From: Nitrospirae bacterium JdFR-86 | GTDB lineage: Bacteria > Nitrospirota > Thermodesulfovibrionia > Thermodesulfovibrionales > JdFR-86 | DNA length: 64,000 nt | Assembly (NCBI GenBank): GCA_002011815.1 | Contig: MTOV01000017.1 | Coordinates: 10,640-74,639, forward strand | Reading direction: 5' to 3' | Shown here: positions 1 through 9,100 of the stretch, one piece after another | Layout of the letters: every line of letters starts with the position of its first letter | Numbering within the stretch: the stretch's first letter is position 1 | Notes under the pieces: model-generated | The model's input: only the letters and a program-made list of their open reading frames with translations | Told to the model about the DNA's origin: nothing | Database searches by the model: none | Program-made: the position numbers and the translations under genes

Positions 1-1797
1 TTGTATATCAAGTGCTAAACCGGATTGATGAAAACTCGCATATGCACCACCAACTGCTTCATTATGTTGTGGTGGACGCCATGAAGATGATATCTGCAAA
101 CCGTCAGGAATAAGTGCTTCAAGATCAAGAGTAGCTCCTAGCTCAGCAGTATACCGGCCGACATAGTAACCAAAGAAGTCTGGCAGATTATTAGAATTGG
201 CTATAACCTCAGCGCGTAATTGTCTATAGGAGTTATTAATCTGGTTAATCCAATATTGCCATTGGGGGCTAAGCAAAGTAAAGTTGTATATGCTCTGTGA
301 TCCCTTAAGCACGAGGCGTTCATACTCCCTGCGCTCCTCAGGCTGAATCATGCGTAAATCTTCTCGTTCCGGGATAGACATATAAAAATAGCTGCCTGTT
401 GGCTGCTTTATTTTAAAATGGGGTTTGTTACCAACCTGGACATGATCATCGCTGGGGATACCTTTATGTGTTTCCCTCTTCTGGTAATAATAGTCATTAT
501 TGACACTCTTCCAATTCATATGGAAACCAAATTCCTGGCGAATAATATCTGGTTCATCCTGTTCAAGTGTAAAGGACTTTGGATTATCCCCGGCAACTTC
601 AATACGAAGGAGAAGGGGTTCGGTGGTTCTTGGTTGCTTTCTGGCCTGCTTTCTTTCTCTTTTAGTTCTTGGATAAAGGGGGTGGTCAGGACGCAGGTCA
701 CGGTTTAGTATAATCTCGTTCTCACCAGGAGGCCAATCCCCCTGTTTTGAATTTTCCATACCGCCCCCTGAGAGGGTTAAAGTAGCGCTGGTGCCATTGT
801 GGGCAAGATACAGGCGATCCCAAGTGACAAAGGAGAAACCCATATTGATATCATCCGGGTGGGGTAAAAAGTAGCGCCAGCCTCTATCTTCATTGCCGAT
901 TACCAGATATGGTCGCACATCCTCTACAGTTCTTGGTACCTTGCCGACGATGTAGGCTTTTTCATCAGTGCCGATTAGTCCTAATTGCTGAGCTCTGGTT
1001 TTGTCATCATCGGAGAGATACCCACTCAAAACGTAACCTGGATTCATCCAGACGTAATCCGAATAAAAAGGTTGAAATGCAAAACGTCCCCGGATATTTA
1101 AACTAACCTTTACTTCAGGTCCAACCTCTACCAATAATGAACCATCAGGCTTAGCCAGGTCACTATCTGAGTCTACGTACATCTGAACATAAGTCAGTCC
1201 ATACCACCAGAGATCGAACAAATAATCTTGCCAATCCAATTCTCCCAGATTCGTCGGGTTTCCGTCCTGGTATTCTGGAATCGTAATTCCCTGGTTTGAC
1301 AGTGCATCAAGTGTCTCCTGAACATCATCCAGCGCCTTCCGGCTTAGAACTCCCGGATGTCCTCCCCTACGGATTCGTCCTGCTGTATAATGCTGTTGTA
1401 TTGCATTTTTAAGTGTCTGCGCCTGGGTTTGACCAGTCCATGTAAACGAATACCACAAGACAAATGGTTGCTCCCGCTCCACAACATCAGGGCTTATTTG
1501 GTCTGCATCCCTAAATTCTGAATAGCGGACACCAATCCGATGCCCCACAATGCTGCCATTTTCAATAATCGGACGGGCAACCATTTTCCCGGGACCGGGC
1601 ATGAAAACTTTGACTTTCCCTCCAGCATTGGCCTGAACCGTCAGCGTCATCAAAAACGCCTTACGAAACGGCTCACGAATCAGCTCGTTAGACCAGTTCT
1701 GATTCAACGTGTTAAGGTTCTGGATATTAACCATCTCTACATCCTTCTTGATAACAGTCCAATTATCTGGATAGTCCGTCGAGATTGGCAATTTCAT
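1..1797 (-). CDS. Large hypothetical protein, N-terminal 599 codons only (3' end beyond the left window edge); third gene of the giant-ORF operon
   Basis: Absent from the ORF track because it has no stop inside the window. I scanned plus-strand triplets 1-3, 4-6 ... up to 1797 and found no TTA/CTA/TCA, so there are no minus-strand stops. ATG at 1797-1795 is preceded by GAGGAGTAGGTG (Shine-Dalgarno-like) and by an in-frame TAG at 1806-1804. It starts 17 nt after the stop of the upstream giant ORF. No family or motif recognised. Confidence 0.7.
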   Translation of the reverse strand, partial: MKLPISTDYPDNWTVIKKDVEMVNIQNLNTLNQNWSNELIREPFRKAFLMTLTVQANAGGKVKVFMPGPGKMVARPIIENGSIVGHRIGVRYSEFRDADQISPDVVEREQPFVLWYSFTWTGQTQAQTLKNAIQQHYTAGRIRRGGHPGVLSRKALDDVQETLDALSNQGITIPEYQDGNPTNLGELDWQDYLFDLWWYGLTYVQMYVDSDSDLAKPDGSLLVEVGPEVKVSLNIRGRFAFQPFYSDYVWMNPGYVLSGYLSDDDKTRAQQLGLIGTDEKAYIVGKVPRTVEDVRPYLVIGNEDRGWRYFLPHPDDINMGFSFVTWDRLYLAHNGTSATLTLSGGGMENSKQGDWPPGENEIILNRDLRPDHPLYPRTKRERKQARKQPRTTEPLLLRIEVAGDNPKSFTLEQDEPDIIRQEFGFHMNWKSVNNDYYYQKRETHKGIPSDDHVQVGNKPHFKIKQPTGSYFYMSIPEREDLRMIQPEERREYERLVLKGSQSIYNFTLLSPQWQYWINQINNSYRQLRAEVIANSNNLPDFFGYYVGRYTAELGATLDLEALIPDGLQISSSWRPPQHNEAVGGAYASFHQSGLALDIQ

Positions 1798-1814
1798 AGG
1801 CACCTACTCCTCGT

Positions 1815-4800
1815 TTAAGGTTCCTCTGTCTCTTCTTCTTCAATTTCAGGACCAAACAATGGTTTGATCCTCACAAGTAATGAAGGTATTTCATCAGGTG
1901 AATCTTCTACAAAGCGCCTGGTCACGCGGTAATCATAAAAAATTGTCGGATCCACTTCTGCTGTTTCTCCCTGAATTAATCCATTATTCTGCGACCAGAC
2001 AGTAGACGCTTCCCAGGTTTCATTGCCGGGGACGCGCTCAAATATGCTATTGTTTATGCCATCTGATTCCCATTTTATTTCAACAATGTCAGACCAATGC
2101 TGTTCATCTGCGGCCCGACGGCTGAGCTTGTAAATTCCCGGAGTCGGACCCCGCCAGGCCAATCTGTGATATATTGATTCATCTATTTGTTCCCACTCTG
2201 CGAGTATCCACACCGGGGGTTCAAGAAATTTTCTTTTCCTCTGGGGTACAGTAATGGAAAGCTGCGACCAAACCGGCGTTCCATGAACAGTGCGACCTGC
2301 TTGCAGAGAATAAAACCACTCTTCAAGGTCATCCGGTGGTGTATCATCCGGGAGGCGTAGCCGCAAGGGGTCAAACTGAAACTCACGGCTCTGCCCATTC
2401 CCTAACGCATACCGGACTGTAACTTGAACTCCATCACGCCAACGGGGAATCAACAAACGCCGGGCCATATCCAGGTCATAACGGTCTAGATGATTGATTG
2501 CACCTGCTTTCAGTTGACGCGATGTAGAATCCTCGATTTCCTGTGTATCCTGCCAGAGATAAAGACCGGCCAGCCGCCTTTCATTTGCATTAAAATACGG
2601 AAGCCTGATGACGCCATTACGGTACTCAATGGGGTTTGCATTAGCCTCTTCAAGAAATTCCAAAATTTGTTTCTGGCTTGAGTCCGCAATAGCTTCCAAT
2701 TCGATCACCCAACGTGTTCCTTCACTTTCAAACGACCGGAAAGAGTTTGTAACTTCGTCAATGTAACCGTGCTCCATCAAGTCTGGCAGGTCCGGGCGAT
2801 TCATCAGTGTATCCCCTGACAGTTGAGCTAAATGTCGCGGATAGATTCCTTCAAGAGTTGCATCATCAGGTAGCACATCGAGGGTTACAGAACCGTACTG
2901 AACAGTTATGGGCTGATCTCCATCCCCAAAAACGCGCTTCGTACCATCCGCCTGTGTTGCTTCAATCAAAACCGGCAAGCCTTCGCTCCACAGACTCTGC
3001 AAATCTGTACCTGAACTGGAGATTATCACAAACGGAGAAAAGTCAACCGAGGCATCTGCCGAACCGTCTTCAGCCACACCTATAACAGCCTCAAGCGTCA
3101 TATTATCTACATCGAATTCCGGCAGCCGGACGCGCCCATCCCTGACATACAAGGGTTCAGCTTCGGGTATCACATTCCTGGCAATCTGACGGATAAGGTA
3201 GGGCGAAATGGGCTTTTGATCGGCTGACCGGAACAGCCGGAAGCTGTCAACTGTCTCTCTTGATGGCACGCTCCAGCTTATCCAGACCTTACCGTTATCC
3301 CAATAGGTACGAATGCCTTCTGGCGGCATTGGGGCTCTGAGGTCTGGTGGAAGTACAGGGTCAGAAGCAGCTGAAATCGGACCCCGGTTACCAGCAGAAT
3401 CCAACACGCGTACCGCGTAAAAGAAACGAATGCCAGCACTATCCAAAACATCCTCGAATTGGGTTATATCTGCTTTTACATTACCGACCAGGTCAAATTC
3501 TCTCTCGAAAATGTGCTCACCAGTATCTGTGGAAGGGCTGATTAATGCTACAAGCTCTGCATCAGACATTGCAGGCACTGATGAAGGGTCGATTCCAGCA
3601 ACTGGATACTTGGATAAAAACATCTGGATCCGGCGTTCAGAAATTCGGAGTATCTCATAAGCGTAGCCGTCACCTGCAGGGTTCCAGGAAACTCGAACAC
3701 GGCATTTTTGCTCAAGGTCAGGCAGTGATATTAAACTTGCTGCAGGTCGGTCAATTGCAGGAGGCGGCTGTTCAAAAACCCGTGTAACGACTGCCGGGTC
3801 TGAAGCAGCACCTTCTCTACTGCCCTGTTCGACAGCAACAACCCTGAATCCCAGCTGTTTCACAGACTCCGCAAGGGTAGGACCAAGCACCCCGGTCTCT
3901 TCAATTCTCACACTCTGAGGCAAGGCAAGAGTTGCATTGCCGACTTGAGGCGCAGATTGCAGACTGTCATTGCCCGTGCGATTAAGAATGAGCAGTGTAC
4001 CATTCTTATCCGCAGCTAAAATGATATACGAACGCCCGGTTGCATCCCCAAGCACACCTTTAGTTATACCAGCAACAGATGCTCCTGTCTTTTTGCAGAG
4101 TGTGGCAAAGCCCTCAGAGTCAAACTTCAGGCGGAAGGGCTCATTGCCAGTATATATCCCCCAGTCGTAGTCAGGGTCAGATACAATAATAAAAACAACA
4201 TTAGAGCCAGCAGTATGTTCAAGGATTTTGAATTCCTGCCAGGTATTGCCGTGCTTGATTTCAAACTTTACGTTGCTGTTTGGTGCATTGAAAATCCCCA
4301 GGGCGCTTTCAGACAATTCTAAATCAGTTGTAACCTGGACACCGATTTTGCCCTCCTGTCCAATAATTGATGCAATTCGCTGCCTGAGCTCCATAGCGGT
4401 CTGCTGTATTGGATCGAAAGTACCTGAACCTTCGCCTACCGGGCATGGGACAGGGGCTTGCACTAGATTCCCCTCTAAATATTGAGTTCCTGGTGTTGTA
4501 ATTTGCATTGGAATAAGATTCTCGAGTGGAACTTCCAAGAGAAAATGGTCTCCTTGGTCAGATTCAGGTGTCCTGACCATTACTTTAAACCGGTCAACGC
4601 GCGGAAAGAGGTCGCGTAGTTCCTGGGTCCACAGCCAGCTTACGTGATAATTTCCAGGCTCATCGCCGGAAGGTGGTTGCCAGAAGGCGGTCACTTGTAC
4701 CGGGGCAGCAGGCAGGGGAAAGTGCTCAGCACTGATTGTAACGCTCTTTTCTTCTGAAACCGGTGCCTGACGGCCGAAAATATCCTGACCAACGACTTTA

Positions 4801-6158
4801 TAATAAAAAGTTCCTAACTCTGACACCGTGTCCCAGTATATTCGTGTCCCAGGAGAGTATGGGGTCGGCATGCCATCGCCTAAATGGTTGTTATTCCGGT
4901 ACACTTCAAAAAACGGTGCACGCCAGCGGTCAATAGACTTTGAGTCAAAACCGAGATGTAGCTCTACCTGCACACGTTGTCCACGAACCCTTTCATCAGT
5001 CCCAAATGGCGCTGGAAAGGTCCTATCTGTTACCGAAATATTAGTGATATGCGGGCTAATGAGCGGCCATTCTGTATCTGCACTGAGACCATAATCAGCT
5101 GCGCTTGCCACAAGACCATTGCCCCAGTCTGCGACAATAAGATAATCAAATCGCTCATAGTCCTTTCTGCCTTCAAGATTGTCCTGATAATAAAATCCAA
5201 AAAATTTCGCCAAAGCAGGATGAACAGTCAGCATCGCAATCAACTCAAGCGGACGCATGCGCACTCCTTCCCCCTCTGAAACGTTCCACCGGCGCCCTCT
5301 GAAAAATCGTTCGAGCACATCTGTGGAAACAGTAAGTAAGTCGGCATAAGCATTCCGCTCATGGAGATCACGAAGGAGTTCGATATAAGCCTCTCTGAAT
5401 TCGTCATCAGTCATTCCGGTATCGATTCCATGATTATGTAAAAGGTCGAGTGCTTCGCTGACCATGCCAGGGTTCGGGAGGTGAAAATGTGCTATTGGCT
5501 GGCCCCAATTGTCGAGTGTCCCTTCAGGCCATTGCAGGATATCCGGTGCAATTGGCGTAAAAGTCACAGAAGAGAGACTGCTGATAGAAACGCTAAGATG
5601 CAAACGGTCAACTACCGGCATAAGTCGAACAGCCTTTCCCTCCCCTGCTGTAAACTCACCGAGGATAGTCAAGCGGTCCTGGTCCCAACCCGTAATATTA
5701 ATTGTTCTTTTGTTTCCCCTGAAGACCAGCTCCACCTCTCGCACGGGCTCATCAAATTGCAGTGTATAAAATAAAACCGAAAAACGGTTTTTAAGTTCAT
5801 CTAACTTTTTTCGCGCTCCTCTAAACCCTAGAAAAGCTAGAGTAGTGTAAAGAACAATTAGAATGCGAAACAGAAAGTATCGCAACCTTCTATATCTGCC
5901 GAGAGCAAGCTCATTTCGCTGGAGATTGCGATATTGTTCATAAGGACGCCGATAGAGATAGAAGCCTTGTGTTGGATAGTTCCACTTTGTGTCGATATTC
6001 CAGCGCAGATGGACAGAATGCGATGTAAACTCTGGATCATTCCTGGCCATGTATAATCCTTCTGCGCGCCCGCCGATTCCAATGATTCCAACAATCGAGC
6101 GACTTAATCGTCGAGGTATTCGGTCATTCATTATACGAAACAACTCTACCCAGCTCAT
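1815..6158 (-). CDS. Giant hypothetical protein (1447 aa) with several FN3/Ig-like beta-sandwich modules and one predicted transmembrane helix
   Basis: ORF track. The ATG overlaps the upstream stop by 4 nt (ATGA, 6155-6158). Recurrent FN3-type strand signatures: VHLRWNI..GFYLYRR; FYYKVVGQDIFGRQAPVS; VRVSWNP..FFYAVRVLDSAGNRGPIS; VWISWSVP..FRLFRS. Hydrophobic stretch YFLFRILIVLYTTLAFLGF at aa 94-112. Acidic tail EIEEEETEEP. Alternative start at Met37 (ATG 6050, GAAGGA 7 nt upstream). Confidence 0.8.
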   Translation of the reverse strand: MSWVELFRIMNDRIPRRLSRSIVGIIGIGGRAEGLYMARNDPEFTSHSVHLRWNIDTKWNYPTQGFYLYRRPYEQYRNLQRNELALGRYRRLRYFLFRILIVLYTTLAFLGFRGARKKLDELKNRFSVLFYTLQFDEPVREVELVFRGNKRTINITGWDQDRLTILGEFTAGEGKAVRLMPVVDRLHLSVSISSLSSVTFTPIAPDILQWPEGTLDNWGQPIAHFHLPNPGMVSEALDLLHNHGIDTGMTDDEFREAYIELLRDLHERNAYADLLTVSTDVLERFFRGRRWNVSEGEGVRMRPLELIAMLTVHPALAKFFGFYYQDNLEGRKDYERFDYLIVADWGNGLVASAADYGLSADTEWPLISPHITNISVTDRTFPAPFGTDERVRGQRVQVELHLGFDSKSIDRWRAPFFEVYRNNNHLGDGMPTPYSPGTRIYWDTVSELGTFYYKVVGQDIFGRQAPVSEEKSVTISAEHFPLPAAPVQVTAFWQPPSGDEPGNYHVSWLWTQELRDLFPRVDRFKVMVRTPESDQGDHFLLEVPLENLIPMQITTPGTQYLEGNLVQAPVPCPVGEGSGTFDPIQQTAMELRQRIASIIGQEGKIGVQVTTDLELSESALGIFNAPNSNVKFEIKHGNTWQEFKILEHTAGSNVVFIIVSDPDYDWGIYTGNEPFRLKFDSEGFATLCKKTGASVAGITKGVLGDATGRSYIILAADKNGTLLILNRTGNDSLQSAPQVGNATLALPQSVRIEETGVLGPTLAESVKQLGFRVVAVEQGSREGAASDPAVVTRVFEQPPPAIDRPAASLISLPDLEQKCRVRVSWNPAGDGYAYEILRISERRIQMFLSKYPVAGIDPSSVPAMSDAELVALISPSTDTGEHIFEREFDLVGNVKADITQFEDVLDSAGIRFFYAVRVLDSAGNRGPISAASDPVLPPDLRAPMPPEGIRTYWDNGKVWISWSVPSRETVDSFRLFRSADQKPISPYLIRQIARNVIPEAEPLYVRDGRVRLPEFDVDNMTLEAVIGVAEDGSADASVDFSPFVIISSSGTDLQSLWSEGLPVLIEATQADGTKRVFGDGDQPITVQYGSVTLDVLPDDATLEGIYPRHLAQLSGDTLMNRPDLPDLMEHGYIDEVTNSFRSFESEGTRWVIELEAIADSSQKQILEFLEEANANPIEYRNGVIRLPYFNANERRLAGLYLWQDTQEIEDSTSRQLKAGAINHLDRYDLDMARRLLIPRWRDGVQVTVRYALGNGQSREFQFDPLRLRLPDDTPPDDLEEWFYSLQAGRTVHGTPVWSQLSITVPQRKRKFLEPPVWILAEWEQIDESIYHRLAWRGPTPGIYKLSRRAADEQHWSDIVEIKWESDGINNSIFERVPGNETWEASTVWSQNNGLIQGETAEVDPTIFYDYRVTRRFVEDSPDEIPSLLVRIKPLFGPEIEEEETEEP

Positions 6159-9100
6159 GATTGTTCTCCTGTAACCTCTACCGAAATAATCAGACTTTTT
6201 TGAACCACATCAGGTTCACCCTGAAGAGCGCCTGGCCGGCTCCAGATTACCTTTAAAGCCGCTATAGCTGATGCTGAACGCGTGACCCATGCCCACCGGG
6301 TATGGTCAGACCGCGAGAGGACACTGCCGGTATTTAGCGTATTTCCGTCTGCATCCAGCCAGTAGATTTGAAAACCCTGACGGGGCAGTGGTTCCGGGAG
6401 TTCCAGAACTACTACATCAAGATTACGATCCGAATCGCGAACGATGTATGCAACGACATTAGCAGGCAGCGGCGTACTGACCAAGGGTAAAGCAGCCGCA
6501 TCATCAAGACTGGTCAATGTGGAAAAATCAGCATTGCCGAACATGCTTACATCAATCACTGGGATTTGTCGATTGATTGTGTCAAACATCGCTTCCCACG
6601 ATGCAAATTTAGAACTGCGAATACGCGTCTCATACAGTATCTGCCCTTGTGCCTGTGTTCCGGATTTACGGCGGATCTGAACTCGATGAACCACTCCAGG
6701 CAACAACCAGCCAATGGGGTTTTCTTCCTCTGAACCTGCTGCTGAAGCAGGCTGGCTTACCAGCACATCGTCCTTTGGCAAGGCTGAAACATCAATAGGA
6801 TTAGACAGTGACCGATTGACTGCTTCAAGGAATAAAGCTGTATTTTCCAGATCCACGCGATCGCGGGCCTTCATCCATTCAGTCACCCGACCTTCAATCT
6901 CGTTACCTGCCGGGTCTAAAAAGACGACTTCCAGTTCTTCTTCTGCCACCAGCTCATACATTTTTCGGATATAATTCACATTAAAAAAGAAATAAACTGG
7001 GGCACTGCGATAGACAGGAATCAATGTTCCATCTGCATAGGCAGTATGGAACCCTTCTGGTGCTGAAACCTGTAACCTGGCGGTCTCTCCTTCAGGAAGC
7101 GAATGTTCCTGCAGTAGTGGCCATGGAGGACGAATGTAGGGCTCCAGATTATCTGGTGTCCCGCGCGTCGTAAAGGTAACAGAATGCTGCTCGCTTGCAC
7201 TTCCACTGCTTGCACCGCTATTGTCGGGTGTGCTGGCTTTATCAACCTGCACGGTCAGCCGGTAGGTCGTATTGGGTTCAAAAACAAACTCTTCATCCTC
7301 CCAGTAAAACAAACCAGCCAGCTGCCTTATAAGCTTATCACCAGCCTGACTATTTATATTGGCAATCATTTCCATTTGTGCATCTTCATACGAGACATAA
7401 CAGATTTTTTTAAGGTTTATTGTGTGTCCTACCAGATAAAGCCTGTCCACGGCAAAAGTCTTTTCAGGCACAAAATCTGTGATGGAATCACGGTAGCCCG
7501 CTAATATCCGTTCTGCCTTCGCTTCAAGAGTTTTAATGATTACCGGGTAAGACCACCGTATTTCGAGGAAAATTGTCTGAAGTTTACCTTTCGGACTTTC
7601 TTTGAACTGTCCCTTCTTATCTGAATAATCAAAATCGATTCCGAATGCAGATATGACATTTAATCCTTCAAACAATGGAAAAGATGTCTCCGAGCCGATA
7701 GGTATTTCAACAGCCACTGCTGGCTGCCAGACAAGAAAGGAAACACCGTCACGTTCAAAACAGTGGGGCAACACCTCTGGTTGTTCGATATGCTCTCCGA
7801 AAGTGATGCAGCTGGTCTGGGCGACACACCCGTCGTTTCCTGGTCTCACGTCTGTAGTCTGGGCAACCTCCCTGACCACGCCGGTGCCAAGCAGCCACCG
7901 GCTATACACAAAGCTCGATTTAGAAAATAACACGATGGTTCCATCAGTAGCATCACGACGCATTTTCGGGTTAACCTGCCATACACCATAAACCGGAAGT
8001 GCTTGTCCATCGTTTTCTCTGACCAGAGAGATATTGGAGATTTTGTATTCGAATATATATTCACCGACTTTGTGGGCATAATTTAGCCCTGCTTCGAGCC
8101 CCCCGATACCTGCATTGCTCTCATTGATTGCACGATGCGCAAGAGACAGACATAACTTGGCATCCACTGGTATACCTTCGATATGGCTGCCATTGCGAAA
8201 ATCCCATGTCTTCTGGCTTGTTGCAGAAAGAGCCTGAACCTGGGTCAGAACAGGCGGGAACGCTGGTGGCAGGTCTTCCTCATACAGTTGTTCTATCTCG
8301 ATTTCAGGGTCAGGCAGCGGCCAGGGGAGATTTAACTTGAGTGCAAAATAAAGCCTGAGCCACCATGGAGTGGGAGCCTTTGCAGCAATTGCAGCATTCA
8401 CGGAAAAATCGAATCCAATGCCGAATGCTCTGGCAATCAGCCGACCCCAAAGCTCCAAACTTGCAGTAAGCTGGCTTGGGTCGAAGCTCAATTGACCATC
8501 GAAGACAGCACAGGCATCGAGTCCGACTTTAACCGGTCCGATTTTTTTGGTTGGTATCTTATAGCCGACTGATCCTCCAAAATCAATACCTGGGGGATGA
8601 ATCTGAAAATAAGCATCTCCCCGCAGGAATTTTTTAAGGACCTCGGCTTGTATTCGCTTGCTCTTTGGTTCGCGGCGTCCCAGATAAATATGCCAGTTGG
8701 GATTTCTTTTCAGCTCACTAAAAACATCTAATATACCGTGTGCGAACAGGATGCCTTCAACAAATTCGTATTGAGCTTCGATGAATAGCTGGATGCTTCG
8801 GCTATCAGAACGTAAATCGAGAACCATAAGGGCTCGCAATGGAGGATTATCGCTCAGGGCTGTCCGCGATGTCAGAAACGCAGCACGCCCTTCAATTAGA
8901 ATGAGCGGACCGGGCAGAGCCAATACCAGTAGAGAACGCGTAAGAACCGTAAAGCCGTCGGTGGTACACAGTGTAACACCAGCGCCTAGGGCAAAACCCA
9001 GATACTTGTCCGTCCATTTTGAACTGTGCGTTACGCCTGAGACAGGTGGCGCCTTGTACCAGTCATAATACCAACTTTTGTCTTCTCCGCCTTCAAAATT

